Position numbers and translations under genes: made by a program. Shown piece after piece: positions 9,985 to 19,202 of a DNA stretch of 64,000 bases. This stretch comes from Chitinophaga pinensis. GTDB lineage: Bacteria; Bacteroidota; Bacteroidia; UKL13-3. The notes beneath the pieces were generated by a model. It ran no database searches. It was not told the DNA's origin and saw only the letters and a list, made by a program, of their open reading frames with translations. How positions within the stretch are numbered: the stretch's first letter is position 1; every line of letters starts with the position of its first letter. The stretch spans positions 6,907 through 70,906 of the forward strand of contig CALRNX020000003.1 of NCBI GenBank assembly GCA_943369665.1. Reading direction: 5' to 3'.

Positions 9985-11919
9985 CTATTTTATTGCGTGA
10001 TTCTTTATTTCTTCCACCACTTCCGGATCCAATAAGGTGGTTGTATCGCCCAGGTTTGTTGTTTCACCTTCGGCAATTTTGCGTAAAATTCTGCGCATAA
10101 TTTTACCACTTCGGGTTTTGGGCAAACCTTTTACAAATTGAATTTTGTCGGGTTTGGCAATAGGGCCAATAATGCGTGATACGGTTTGGATGATATCCTG
10201 GCGGGCTAAGTTTTCATCCATTTTCATTCCATCATAAATTATATAAGCATATATGCCTTGTCCTTTAATATCGTGCGGATATCCCACTACCGCACTTTCC
10301 ACAACACCGCTATGCATGTTTATGGCATTTTCAACCTCAGCAGTTCCAATGCGGTGTCCGCTTACGTTTAATACATCATCTACACGGCCTGTAATTCTGT
10401 AATTGCCATCTTCATCACGTAAGCACCCATCGCCTGTAAAATACATGTTTTCGTAGGTTGCAAAGTAGGTTGTGCGACAACGTTCGTGATCACCGTAGGT
10501 GGTTCTGATAATGCCGGGCCAAGGCATTTTAATGCATAAATTACCACTTACCGAATTACCCATAACTTCTTTTCCATTTTCATCTAGCAATACCGGGAAT
10601 ACTCCCGGCAAAGGCAATGTAGCATGTGCCGGTTTTTGTGGAGTGACACCGGCCAGGTTTGAGATCATCGTTGCACCAGTTTCGGTTTGCCACCAGGTAT
10701 CTACCACTGGGCATTTTCCTTTTCCAATGTTTTGATGGTACCAGTGCCATGCTTCTTCGTTGATGGGTTCACCCACCGAACCGATTACTTTTAATGAACT
10801 CAGATCCTTATTGTTCACATATTCCAATCCAAAACCCATTAAACTGCGAATTGCCGTTGGAGCGGTATACATGATATTTACTTTGTGTTTGTCTACAATT
10901 TCCCAGAACCTACCGGCATCAGGCCATGTAGGAATACCTTCAAACATTAAACTAGTGGCACCCGCACTCAGTGGGCCGTACAAGATATAACTATGACCGG
11001 TTATCCATCCGATATCTGCTGTACAAAAATGGATTTGTCCGGGTTGGTACTGAAACACATTCACAAAGGTGTAGTTTGCCCATATCATATAACCGGCTTG
11101 TGTATGTACCACGCCTTTGGGTTTTCCGGTTGAACCGGAAGTGTATAGGATAAACAAAGGATCTTCTGCATCCATTGCTACTGCCGGAAACGAAACTTTC
11201 CCATCTTTTTCAACCTGGTGTTCGGCATATTCCATTTCGTCTTCCCACCAAACGTCTCTTCCTTTGATCATTGAAACAGGTGTGCGTGTACGTGTATATA
11301 CGATTACTTTTTTGACTACTTTGTTTCCAATGAGTGCATCATCGATCACACTTTTTAAGGGAATATCTTTATTCCCCCTGAAAGCACCATCGCAGGTAAT
11401 GATAAATTCAGCCTTGGCATCTTCAAGCCTGTCAGCAATGCTTTGTGCGGAGAATCCCCCAAAGACAACTGAATGAATGGCTCCTACACGTGCACAACCC
11501 AAAACCGCATAAGCAAGTTCCGGAATCATTCCCATGTATATGCAAACCCGGTCCCCCTTTTTTACACCAAGGTTTGTAAGCATTTGCGCAACCTGGCATA
11601 CACGTTTGTGTAATCGATTGTATGTTACAACACGGGTACGTTCTTCAGGATTATTGGGTTCCCAGATAATAGCAGCTTCTTCACCGCGTGTTTCCAAATG
11701 CCTGTCGATGCAATTTTCGGTGATGTTTAACTTGGCTCCTTGGAACCATTCAATTTTTGGCTCCTTAAAGTTCCACTCTAATACTTTGTCCCATTTTTTG
11801 TGCCATGTAAAATGTTCGGCAATATTACCCCAGAATGCTTCCGGATTTTCAAAGCTTGCTTGGTAAGCTTCTTTGTACTGTTCTATGCTTTTTATTTGAT
11901 ATGGATATGACATATTCAT
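9985..11919 (-). CDS. acs: Acetyl-CoA synthetase (AMP-forming)
   Basis: 644 aa. Start is typical of Acs (YKEAYQASFENPEAFW). AMP-binding motif YTSGSTGKPKGV. C-terminal PKTRSGKIMRR. Confidence 0.95.
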   Translation of the reverse strand: MNMSYPYQIKSIEQYKEAYQASFENPEAFWGNIAEHFTWHKKWDKVLEWNFKEPKIEWFQGAKLNITENCIDRHLETRGEEAAIIWEPNNPEERTRVVTYNRLHKRVCQVAQMLTNLGVKKGDRVCIYMGMIPELAYAVLGCARVGAIHSVVFGGFSAQSIADRLEDAKAEFIITCDGAFRGNKDIPLKSVIDDALIGNKVVKKVIVYTRTRTPVSMIKGRDVWWEDEMEYAEHQVEKDGKVSFPAVAMDAEDPLFILYTSGSTGKPKGVVHTQAGYMIWANYTFVNVFQYQPGQIHFCTADIGWITGHSYILYGPLSAGATSLMFEGIPTWPDAGRFWEIVDKHKVNIMYTAPTAIRSLMGFGLEYVNNKDLSSLKVIGSVGEPINEEAWHWYHQNIGKGKCPVVDTWWQTETGATMISNLAGVTPQKPAHATLPLPGVFPVLLDENGKEVMGNSVSGNLCIKMPWPGIIRTTYGDHERCRTTYFATYENMYFTGDGCLRDEDGNYRITGRVDDVLNVSGHRIGTAEVENAINMHSGVVESAVVGYPHDIKGQGIYAYIIYDGMKMDENLARQDIIQTVSRIIGPIAKPDKIQFVKGLPKTRSGKIMRRILRKIAEGETTNLGDTTTLLDPEVVEEIKNHAIK

Positions 11920-11980
11920 TGTGGTTTAAATGTTCAATACGAATGTATAGTGTGTTCAATTTAAAACTAAACAGATTATT

Positions 11981-12018
11981 GCTAAATTAGTATAGTTATG
12001 CTAAATATGTATAGCTAT
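11981..12018. repeat. Tandem 19-bp direct repeat in the acs / IS1-like divergent intergenic region
   Basis: GCTAAATTAGTATAGTTAT (11981-11999) is immediately followed by GCTAAATATGTATAGCTAT (12000-12018), 16/19 identical. The core [AT][AT]GTATAG also occurs at 11943-11950. Confidence 0.7.
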
Positions 12019-12035
12019 GTTTTTATTTTTACATT

Positions 12036-12461
12036 ATGGAAACAATTAACTGTCCAAAATGCAAAAGTGAGAATATCAATAAAAGTGGCTTTGCAAAAGG
12101 GCGTCAGCGATTTTTGTGTAAAGACTGCAATTACTTTTTTTCGGTAATGAAAGAGGGTAAAAATATTGATGACTATTATGTCATCAAGGCTCTTCAATTG
12201 TATATCGAAGGGGTAAGCTTAAGAGAAATAGAACGATTGATAGGAGTGAGTCATGTTTCGGTAATGAACTGGGTGAAGAAGTTTAATTTGAAAGCACCCA
12301 AAAACAGTGATTATTATCCAACGTATAAAGTAATGCAACACGATGAATTGATAAGCTTTTTGAAGAATAGGGATAATACCAGAAATGCGGGAATGATTAT
12401 TACTGAATTGGGAGATAAATTTATGCTGATAAAATGGGAACGTTTAAAAGGTAAAAAGTAG
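12036..12461 (+). CDS. IS1-family transposase-like Zn-ribbon + HTH protein; apparently truncated, with no complete DDE domain
   Basis: CPKC...CKDC zinc ribbon and an HTH (LREIERLIGVSHVSVMNWVKKF) as in InsA-type N-termini. VMQHDELISF resembles the first catalytic-Asp block of IS1 transposases, but the ORF stops about 35 aa later. I saw no flanking terminal inverted repeats. Confidence 0.6.
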   Translation: METINCPKCKSENINKSGFAKGRQRFLCKDCNYFFSVMKEGKNIDDYYVIKALQLYIEGVSLREIERLIGVSHVSVMNWVKKFNLKAPKNSDYYPTYKVMQHDELISFLKNRDNTRNAGMIITELGDKFMLIKWERLKGKK

Positions 12462-12557
12462 CTTAAAACTATACTGTTGAGCAATTGAATAGGTGGTATC
12501 AAAATGTTGCCAAAATATGTTGTGAAATTCGTTCATCAACATTTTAAATCATACAAC

Positions 12558-13958
12558 ATGAAAAAACATTTATTCAGTGCCATTATGATTGGCTTGTTTG
12601 CTCAATCGGGTATACACGCACAGGGTACCGACAACTACGGTGCAGGTTTAAAACTTAATCTGGATACCAGCGGAAAAAAATACGTGAGATTTATAACGTG
12701 GCATCAGGTATGGTTAAGGCATAATGATAATAATCCCGGATCAACCATTAATGGAGATGCAAGCAATAGTCAATGGGATATGAGTTTACGCAGGTCGCGT
12801 TTTTTAATATATTCACAAATAAATCCCAACTTTTTAATTGTTACACATTTTGGTATAAACAATGCCAATCAGGTATCGGGAGGAGTAAATGGAATTGATG
12901 CAAAAAAGCCTCAATTGTTTATGCACGATGCTTATGTTGAACATCGTATTTTCAAAGATCATTTGAGTATTGGTGCCGGGCTTCATTACTGGCAGGGTCC
13001 TTCACGCATGAGTAGTGCGTCAACGTTAAATTTCCTGGCTATTGATGCACCTATTTTTAACTGGCAAAATATAGATGCTTCCGATCAGTTTGCCCGTCAG
13101 TATGGAGTATTTGCCAAAGGAAAGCTGCTTAAAAACAAACGAATTGATTACCGTGCGAGCATCAATTTTCCATATGCAATGGCCAAAGGAACTGCATTGA
13201 CAGTACTTGATACCACTGCCGCTAAAAATGGCGTACAAATAGCCAATTACAAGGGTGGAGGGCAGCCTAAGAATGCATTTCAGGGTTATTTTCAATACCA
13301 GTTTTTTGATATCGAGAACAATTTACTTCCCTATACCGTTGGAACGTATTTGGGAACTAAAAAAGTTTTTAATATAGGTGCCGGGTTTTATTCTGCAGCT
13401 GATGTAATGTGGAGTGCAAAACAAAATACTACAACAGGCAAATGGGACACAGTAACGAGTAATCAATTGTTTTTTTCGGCCGATGTGTTTTTGGATTTGC
13501 CACTCAAGTATAAGAATATGGCGGTTACGTTTTATGGCGTGTATAACCGTTTTGATATGGGGCCCAATTATGTCAGAAATATTGGTATAGATAATCCTGC
13601 TAATGGAACCATTGCCAGTCAGGCTTCTTATAATGGTTCAGGAAACACGATGCCTATAATTGGTACAGGAAATATTTTTTATGCACAAGCCGGATTGTTA
13701 CTTCCCAAAATGAAGAGTGTGGGAAGGTTACAACCTTACGCTGCAATTAATTATTCGCAATTCGAAAGATTAAAGGACGATGTGATAACGCCAGATTTTG
13801 GTGTTAATTGGTTCCTTAATGGGCATTCGGCAAAGCTTACGTTTAATTATCGTATGCGTCCGGTTTATAAATATGCGGATACTAGCAAACGTTATGGCGA
13901 TGTCGTATATGACTCACGTAAGGGTGAATTTGCCGTTCAATTTCAGATCTATTTATAG
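12558..13958 (+). CDS. Outer-membrane beta-barrel porin-like protein
   Basis: Trimmed to the ATG at 12558, giving the signal peptide MKKHLFSAIMIGLFAQSGIHAQ. Aromatic/Gly-rich alternating pattern. C-terminal beta-strand FAVQFQIYL. Confidence 0.6.
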   Translation: MKKHLFSAIMIGLFAQSGIHAQGTDNYGAGLKLNLDTSGKKYVRFITWHQVWLRHNDNNPGSTINGDASNSQWDMSLRRSRFLIYSQINPNFLIVTHFGINNANQVSGGVNGIDAKKPQLFMHDAYVEHRIFKDHLSIGAGLHYWQGPSRMSSASTLNFLAIDAPIFNWQNIDASDQFARQYGVFAKGKLLKNKRIDYRASINFPYAMAKGTALTVLDTTAAKNGVQIANYKGGGQPKNAFQGYFQYQFFDIENNLLPYTVGTYLGTKKVFNIGAGFYSAADVMWSAKQNTTTGKWDTVTSNQLFFSADVFLDLPLKYKNMAVTFYGVYNRFDMGPNYVRNIGIDNPANGTIASQASYNGSGNTMPIIGTGNIFYAQAGLLLPKMKSVGRLQPYAAINYSQFERLKDDVITPDFGVNWFLNGHSAKLTFNYRMRPVYKYADTSKRYGDVVYDSRKGEFAVQFQIYL

Positions 13959-13976
13959 TTTCAATCATTTATTTAT

Positions 13977-15509
13977 ATGTATATGGAAAATTCAAACAAC
14001 AACACACAAAGTATTGCCAAAGTGATAGGAGCATCTTCACTTGGGACGCTTATTGAATGGTACGATTTTTATATTTTCGGGAGTTTGGCGGTTATTATCG
14101 GCAAGCAACTTTTTCCGAGTGATGCAGGGGCTTCTGCATTGATTAATACATTAGCGATTTTTGCCGCGGGCTTTATCGTAAGACCATTTGGGGCACTTGT
14201 ATTTGGTCGATTAGGAGATTTAATAGGTCGTAAATCTACATTTTTATTAACGCTTGTATTAATGGGTGGGTCTACGTTTTTAATAGGACTCATTCCTTCA
14301 TATGCTACTATTGGTTACGCAGCTCCCATTCTGGTGCTCATTTTACGCCTCATACAAGGACTTGCATTGGGAGGTGAATACGGAGGAGCGGCAACCTATG
14401 TGGCCGAACATGCACCTCCGGGCAAAAGAGGTTTTTTTACAAGCTGGATTCAAACTACAGCAACGCTTGGATTGTTTTTGTCGTTGGGTGTTATTGTGAG
14501 TGCCAAAAATTTTCTTGGTGCTGAAGCCTTTAATGATTGGGGGTGGCGCATTCCGTTTTTGATTTCAATTCTACTTGTTATTGTATCGGTGTATATCCGT
14601 TTGAAAATGCATGAATCACCTTTGTTTAGTAAATTGAAAAAGGAAGGAAATATTTCAAAAAATCCATTGAAAGAGAGTTTCAGTCATAAGGTAAATTTCA
14701 AGATGGTTTTGCTTGCATTGTTTGGGGCAACGATGGGACAAGGTGTAATTTGGTACACAGGTCAGTTTTACGCCCAATCCTTTTTAGAAAATACTGTTAA
14801 ATTAGATTTCAATGAATCCCGCTATATATTACTATGGGCTATTTTATTTGCAACACCGTTTTTTATCGTATTTGGTAGTTGGAGCGATAAGGTAGGAAGA
14901 AAGTGGATTATGCTCTCAGGGATGTTGCTGGGTATTATTTTTTACCGCCCCATCTACCAATATTTTATTGACGCTACAAACGTTTCTGAGTTTCAAAAAA
15001 CAAGTTTGGTAACCGCTGCTGAACCTCAAATAAAACGTGAACTGATTGCTGGAAAATCGGATTCGCTTATTACAACCAAAACACTTAAAACATTAGAAGA
15101 TGGGACTACCTTTAAGGAGGTTATGGTCGATACGGTATATGCAGATATGACTATTGGTCATGGCAAAACAACGTATATTGATAAGACATTATCGCAACAT
15201 ACTTTTTGGCTCTTTGTGTTCTTGGTGTTTGTACAAATACTTTTTGTGACGATGGTATACGGACCGATAGCGGCTTTTTTGGTTGAGTTGTTTCCAACCA
15301 AAATAAGGTATACATCAATGTCGCTGCCTTATCATATTGGTAATGGTGTGTTTGGAGGATTGGTGCCTTTTATAGCTACTCTTATTGCCAGTTTTAGTGG
15401 TTCTACACCATTATCGGGTTTGTGGTATCCAATCGGAATTGCAACGGCATCATTTATTATTGGGGCAGTATATATTAACAATAAAATTGATAAAAACGTA
15501 AACGATTAA
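13977..15509 (+). CDS. MFS transporter, metabolite:H+ symporter (MHS)-like
   Basis: 510 aa. N-terminus LIEWYDFYIFGSLA and loop motif GRLGDLIGRK are typical of the MHS subfamily (ProP/KgtP-like). Contains an extra hydrophilic insert of about 80 aa. Confidence 0.85.
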   Translation: MYMENSNNNTQSIAKVIGASSLGTLIEWYDFYIFGSLAVIIGKQLFPSDAGASALINTLAIFAAGFIVRPFGALVFGRLGDLIGRKSTFLLTLVLMGGSTFLIGLIPSYATIGYAAPILVLILRLIQGLALGGEYGGAATYVAEHAPPGKRGFFTSWIQTTATLGLFLSLGVIVSAKNFLGAEAFNDWGWRIPFLISILLVIVSVYIRLKMHESPLFSKLKKEGNISKNPLKESFSHKVNFKMVLLALFGATMGQGVIWYTGQFYAQSFLENTVKLDFNESRYILLWAILFATPFFIVFGSWSDKVGRKWIMLSGMLLGIIFYRPIYQYFIDATNVSEFQKTSLVTAAEPQIKRELIAGKSDSLITTKTLKTLEDGTTFKEVMVDTVYADMTIGHGKTTYIDKTLSQHTFWLFVFLVFVQILFVTMVYGPIAAFLVELFPTKIRYTSMSLPYHIGNGVFGGLVPFIATLIASFSGSTPLSGLWYPIGIATASFIIGAVYINNKIDKNVND

Positions 15510-15534
15510 TCTTCAATTATTAATACGAATCAAA

Positions 15535-15789
15535 ATGAATACAATTAAAAAAATGTTGGGACTTGTATGGATATTATTAGCCCCATCCCTTGTTATATTT
15601 ATGATCATGCAAGCCATCGAAAAAGTGGCTAATGCTGCTGAGGGCATTGCGCGTACCAATACCCTTTTGCAATGGTCAATTATCATCATTATTTTTATTC
15701 CTATCTGTATCGGATTGGCCATATTTGGTTTATATGCCTTAAAAGGGGAGTATACCCAATTGCCCGAGAGTTCGGACGAGATCTATTAA
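15535..15789 (+). CDS. Small integral membrane protein (84 aa), unknown function
   Basis: Two or three hydrophobic helices. Follows the MFS gene by 25 nt and precedes a strong terminator. Confidence 0.55.
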   Translation: MNTIKKMLGLVWILLAPSLVIFMIMQAIEKVANAAEGIARTNTLLQWSIIIIIFIPICIGLAIFGLYALKGEYTQLPESSDEIY

Positions 15790-15805
15790 AAATCGCCTTT
15801 TCTGT

Positions 15806-15846
15806 AAAGCCCTCTTTTGCCAATAAAAGAGGGCTTTATTGTTTTG
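15806..15846 (+). terminator. Intrinsic terminator ending the porin-MFS-small ORF unit
   Basis: AAAGCCCTCTTTT-GCCAAT-AAAAGAGGGCTTT, a 13-bp stem, followed by ATTGTTTTG. Confidence 0.8.
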
Positions 15847-15898
15847 TCGAATAGTATTTTACAAAAAATGTTACATTTAAAATGTAAAACTTTCAACA

Positions 15899-16120
15899 AT
15901 GATCAATAACAAAAAGCAGAAAAATGTCATGCTGAGCATTTTACTCATGCTGTTGTTTTCGTATCCTATTATTACCATATTTAATAAAGTCGGTTTTGTT
16001 AAATATGTACCTGTTTTGTATTTGTATGTGGCTGTTGTGTGGGTGTTTGCATTATTGTTGTTATTTATATCAGCAGAGGTAAAACCTTTTAAGAAAACAA
16101 AGAAAAACGAAGATGGGTAA
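15899..16120 (+). CDS. Small two-TM membrane protein (73 aa) translationally coupled to the symporter-kinase
   Basis: Two hydrophobic helices. Its stop TAA (16118-16120) lies inside the next gene, whose ATG is at 16113, an 8-nt overlap. Confidence 0.6.
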   Translation: MINNKKQKNVMLSILLMLLFSYPIITIFNKVGFVKYVPVLYLYVAVVWVFALLLLFISAEVKPFKKTKKNEDG

Positions 16121-18824
16121 CAGCGTCATTATTCTTTGCGCTTTTTTATACTTGTTGTTATTGTTTGGCGTGGCTTACTATGCCGAGTACCGCTTGAAAA
16201 AAGGCAAAAGCATCATCAATAATGCCTATGTGTATGCCTTATCACTTAGCGTGTACTGCACCGCCTGGACTTATTACGGGAGCGTTGGCCGTGCCACGAC
16301 CAATGGAATTGAGTTTGCCACGATTTATATCGGGCCTACAATTATGGCTGTTTTGTTTATTCCGTTATTGCGTAAAATAATCAGGATAACCAAAACGCAA
16401 CGGATCAATAGTATTGCCGATTTTATTTCCACAAGGTATGGTAAAAATGCAATACTTGCGGCTGTGGTCAGCTTGTTTTGTATTATGGGTGTGCTGCCTT
16501 ATATCGCATTGCAGTTAAAAGCAATCACCCTAAGTTGTAATATCTTAATAGGGACTACTGCGCCAGCATCTTTTTTGAATGATAATACACTTTATATCAC
16601 CTTGGTATTGGCTTTGTTTATTATCATGTTTGGAACGCGTTCTGTGGATGCAACTGAAAAGCATGAAGGATTAGTTGCTGCAGTCGCTTTTGAATCTATT
16701 GTAAAGCTTATTGCATTTATTGCTGCCGGTTTGTTTGTGACGTATGGAGTATTTAATGGCTTTGGTGATATTTTTAAACAAACGGTAGAGCGTTCCGAAT
16801 TTCAAAAGTTGTTTACTTTAGGTGGTCAACATCCCGAGATGGGGTGGTTTTCTTCCATTTTATTATCAATGATGGCTGTGCTTTTTTTGCCCCGTCAGTT
16901 TCAGGTAGGAGTGGTCGAAAATATTAACGAGTACCATTTGAAAAAAGCAGTTTGGCTGTTTCCTCTTTACCTTTTTATCATGAATCTTTTTGTGATCCCG
17001 ATCGCATTTGGAGGTAAGCTACTTTTTCAGGACAGTCAGATTAATCCGGATACTTTTGTGTTGGCCATACCACAATTTTTCAATAAAGATGAATTAAGTT
17101 TATTTGTTTTTATTGGTGGTTTTTCGGCTGCGGCAAGCATGATTATTGTTGAAACAATAGCCTTGAGTACCATGGTGAGCAATAATATTGTAATGCCTCT
17201 ATTGTTTACACAAACTAATTTTAAAAGCAATATTGACCAGTCTATCCGGAAGTTTATTCTTTACATCAGGCGTTTAAGTATTGTACTCATTTTATTGTTG
17301 GCTTATATATACGATAAATCTGTTGGCGAATATTTTTCACTGGTGTCAATCGGGTTGGTTTCTTTTACGGCCGTTGCCCAATTTGCTCCTGCTATTATAG
17401 GTGGTATCTATTGGAAAACGGCTTCTAAAAATGGTGCACTCATCGGTATTCTTATTGGATTTATGGTGTGGTTTTATACCCTTATTGTACCTTCTATTGC
17501 CAGTGCACATATTATTAGCAATGATTTGATTATAAACGGTCCTTGGGGAATAGGATGGTTAAAACCAACAGCGTTGTTTGGATTGTCGGGATTTGATTTG
17601 ATCACCCATGGTTTGTTTTGGAGTTTGCTGTTAAATTGTATTTGTTATTTTGTGTTTTCACTGTATAGCAAATTGAATGCACAGGAAGTTTATCAGGCCG
17701 AAGTTTTTGTGGATATTGATAAATATAATTCACCCGAAAGTAATGTAATATGGCGAGGTACGGCTTATATGCCTGATCTATATTCTCTGCTACAGAATTT
17801 TTTGGGAAAAGACAGATCGGCTAACCTTATTCAAAGTTATGCCAACAGACATAAGATATCAATTGATTCAAAAGCCAAAGCGGATCCTCGTATTGTAAAT
17901 TTTGCTGAACGAATTTTGTCGGGAGTTATTGGTTCTTCTTCCGCCCGTATTATGGTAAGTTCGGTTACGAAAGAAGAGGAGTTGAGTTTAAACGAGGTGT
18001 TTAAAATTTTGCACGAGTCGCAACAGATGATTGAATTAAATAAGGAGCTTCGTAAAAAATCAATTGAGTTAACAAAAGCAACGGAGGAACTTAAGGAGGC
18101 TAATTATCAGTTAACTACTATGGATGAGCAGAAGGATGAGTTTTTATACACTGTTACACATGAACTCAGAACACCACTCACATCTATTCGTTCGCTCTCT
18201 GAAATTGTACACGATCACCCGGATTTAACCATTGATGAACGTCAACATTTTTTGAGTGCGGTTATTAAGGAGACCGAGCGGTTGAGTCATCTTATTTCTA
18301 CAGTTCTAAATTTAGAAAAATATGAAAGCGGGAAACAAAAACTCAATCTCGTATCATTTAATTTTTCAGATGTTGTATATGAGTTAACGGAGTCGTATAA
18401 ACTGCTGGCGGCCGAGAGAAAAATTGAACTCACCTTACATACTCCTAATAGCATGTTGTTGTTACATGCAGACAAAGATTTGTTGCAACAGGTTTTGGTA
18501 AATTTAATCAGCAATGCCATTAAGTTTACCTCTGAAGGAGGATTGATTAAAGTCATTGTGAGCGATCTGGGCGATGATATTCAGGTTTCGGTAACCGATA
18601 CAGGTAAAGGTATTGCCTTGGAATTGCATGAATTGATTTTTGACAAATTTTTCCAGGCAAAGAACCAAACTATTAAGAAACCTGAAGGAACGGGTTTGGG
18701 ATTGGCTATTTGCAAACGTATTATTGATATGCATAACGGTAAAATTTGGGTGGAGAGTGAGCCGGAAAAAGGTGCAAAATTTATCTTTACAATACCTAAC
18801 TTTGTGCGTGGGAAAACAGAATAG
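16113..18824 (+). CDS. Sensor histidine kinase with N-terminal sodium:solute symporter (SSS/SLC5) domain (CbrA/CrbS-like architecture, no receiver domain)
   Basis: 903 aa. The first roughly 520 aa are polytopic and SSS-like. Then a coiled-coil linker, H-box FLYTVTHELRTPLTSI, N-box LISNAIKFT, G1 DTGKGI and G2 GTGLGLAIC. Confidence 0.9.
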   Translation: MGNSVIILCAFLYLLLLFGVAYYAEYRLKKGKSIINNAYVYALSLSVYCTAWTYYGSVGRATTNGIEFATIYIGPTIMAVLFIPLLRKIIRITKTQRINSIADFISTRYGKNAILAAVVSLFCIMGVLPYIALQLKAITLSCNILIGTTAPASFLNDNTLYITLVLALFIIMFGTRSVDATEKHEGLVAAVAFESIVKLIAFIAAGLFVTYGVFNGFGDIFKQTVERSEFQKLFTLGGQHPEMGWFSSILLSMMAVLFLPRQFQVGVVENINEYHLKKAVWLFPLYLFIMNLFVIPIAFGGKLLFQDSQINPDTFVLAIPQFFNKDELSLFVFIGGFSAAASMIIVETIALSTMVSNNIVMPLLFTQTNFKSNIDQSIRKFILYIRRLSIVLILLLAYIYDKSVGEYFSLVSIGLVSFTAVAQFAPAIIGGIYWKTASKNGALIGILIGFMVWFYTLIVPSIASAHIISNDLIINGPWGIGWLKPTALFGLSGFDLITHGLFWSLLLNCICYFVFSLYSKLNAQEVYQAEVFVDIDKYNSPESNVIWRGTAYMPDLYSLLQNFLGKDRSANLIQSYANRHKISIDSKAKADPRIVNFAERILSGVIGSSSARIMVSSVTKEEELSLNEVFKILHESQQMIELNKELRKKSIELTKATEELKEANYQLTTMDEQKDEFLYTVTHELRTPLTSIRSLSEIVHDHPDLTIDERQHFLSAVIKETERLSHLISTVLNLEKYESGKQKLNLVSFNFSDVVYELTESYKLLAAERKIELTLHTPNSMLLLHADKDLLQQVLVNLISNAIKFTSEGGLIKVIVSDLGDDIQVSVTDTGKGIALELHELIFDKFFQAKNQTIKKPEGTGLGLAICKRIIDMHNGKIWVESEPEKGAKFIFTIPNFVRGKTE

Positions 18825-18830
18825 CACATA

Positions 18831-19202
18831 ATGAGTCAAGCGTATAAAATCCTTCTGGTTGATGATGATCCGTATATTTTAATGTCGCTGGAGTTTTTGA
18901 TGCGTAAAAGCGGATTTGAAGTAATGATAGCACGCAACGGAACAGAAACATTGGAGTTGTTGGAACAAAATATACCAGATGTGGTATTGTTGGACATTAT
19001 GATGCCTGATGTGGACGGATATGCAATTTGTGCCCATATTAAAAAGTCGAAAATACACCGAAACTGCAAAGTGGTTTTTCTGAGTGCAAAATCAAAAGAT
19101 GTTGATATTCAAAAGGGGCTTACTTTGGGAGCGGAGTTATATATAACCAAACCTTTTTCAAACAAGGATCTGGTGAATAAAATCACGGCTTTATTGGATT
19201 AA
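18831..19202 (+). CDS. Single-domain response regulator (receiver only)
   Basis: 123 aa. ILLVDDD, phospho-acceptor context VLLDIMMPDVDG, and conserved Lys in YITKPF. No output domain. Starts 6 nt after the kinase stop. Confidence 0.9.
   Translation: MSQAYKILLVDDDPYILMSLEFLMRKSGFEVMIARNGTETLELLEQNIPDVVLLDIMMPDVDGYAICAHIKKSKIHRNCKVVFLSAKSKDVDIQKGLTLGAELYITKPFSNKDLVNKITALLD

Noticed and set aside
9783-10100. 105-aa ORF running from the rplQ tail through the terminator into acs
   Set aside because: It crosses a strong intrinsic terminator, overlaps two supported genes and has a low-complexity product.
10499-11866. Several 60-119-aa plus-strand ORFs (10499, 10760, 10971, 11117, 11534) inside the acs region
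   Set aside because: All lie antisense to a strongly conserved acs reading frame. They have low-complexity Ser/Pro/Thr-rich products and no motifs. They are typical shadow ORFs.
12036-12461. An active insertion sequence at the IS1-like ORF
   Set aside because: I saw no complete DDE transposase frame, no frameshift partner ORF and no terminal inverted repeats. It is annotated as a remnant or domesticated gene instead.
12504-12557. Upstream extension of the porin ORF (MLPKYVVKFVHQHFKSYN...)
   Set aside because: The internal ATG at 12558 gives a canonical signal peptide. The extension has no such feature.
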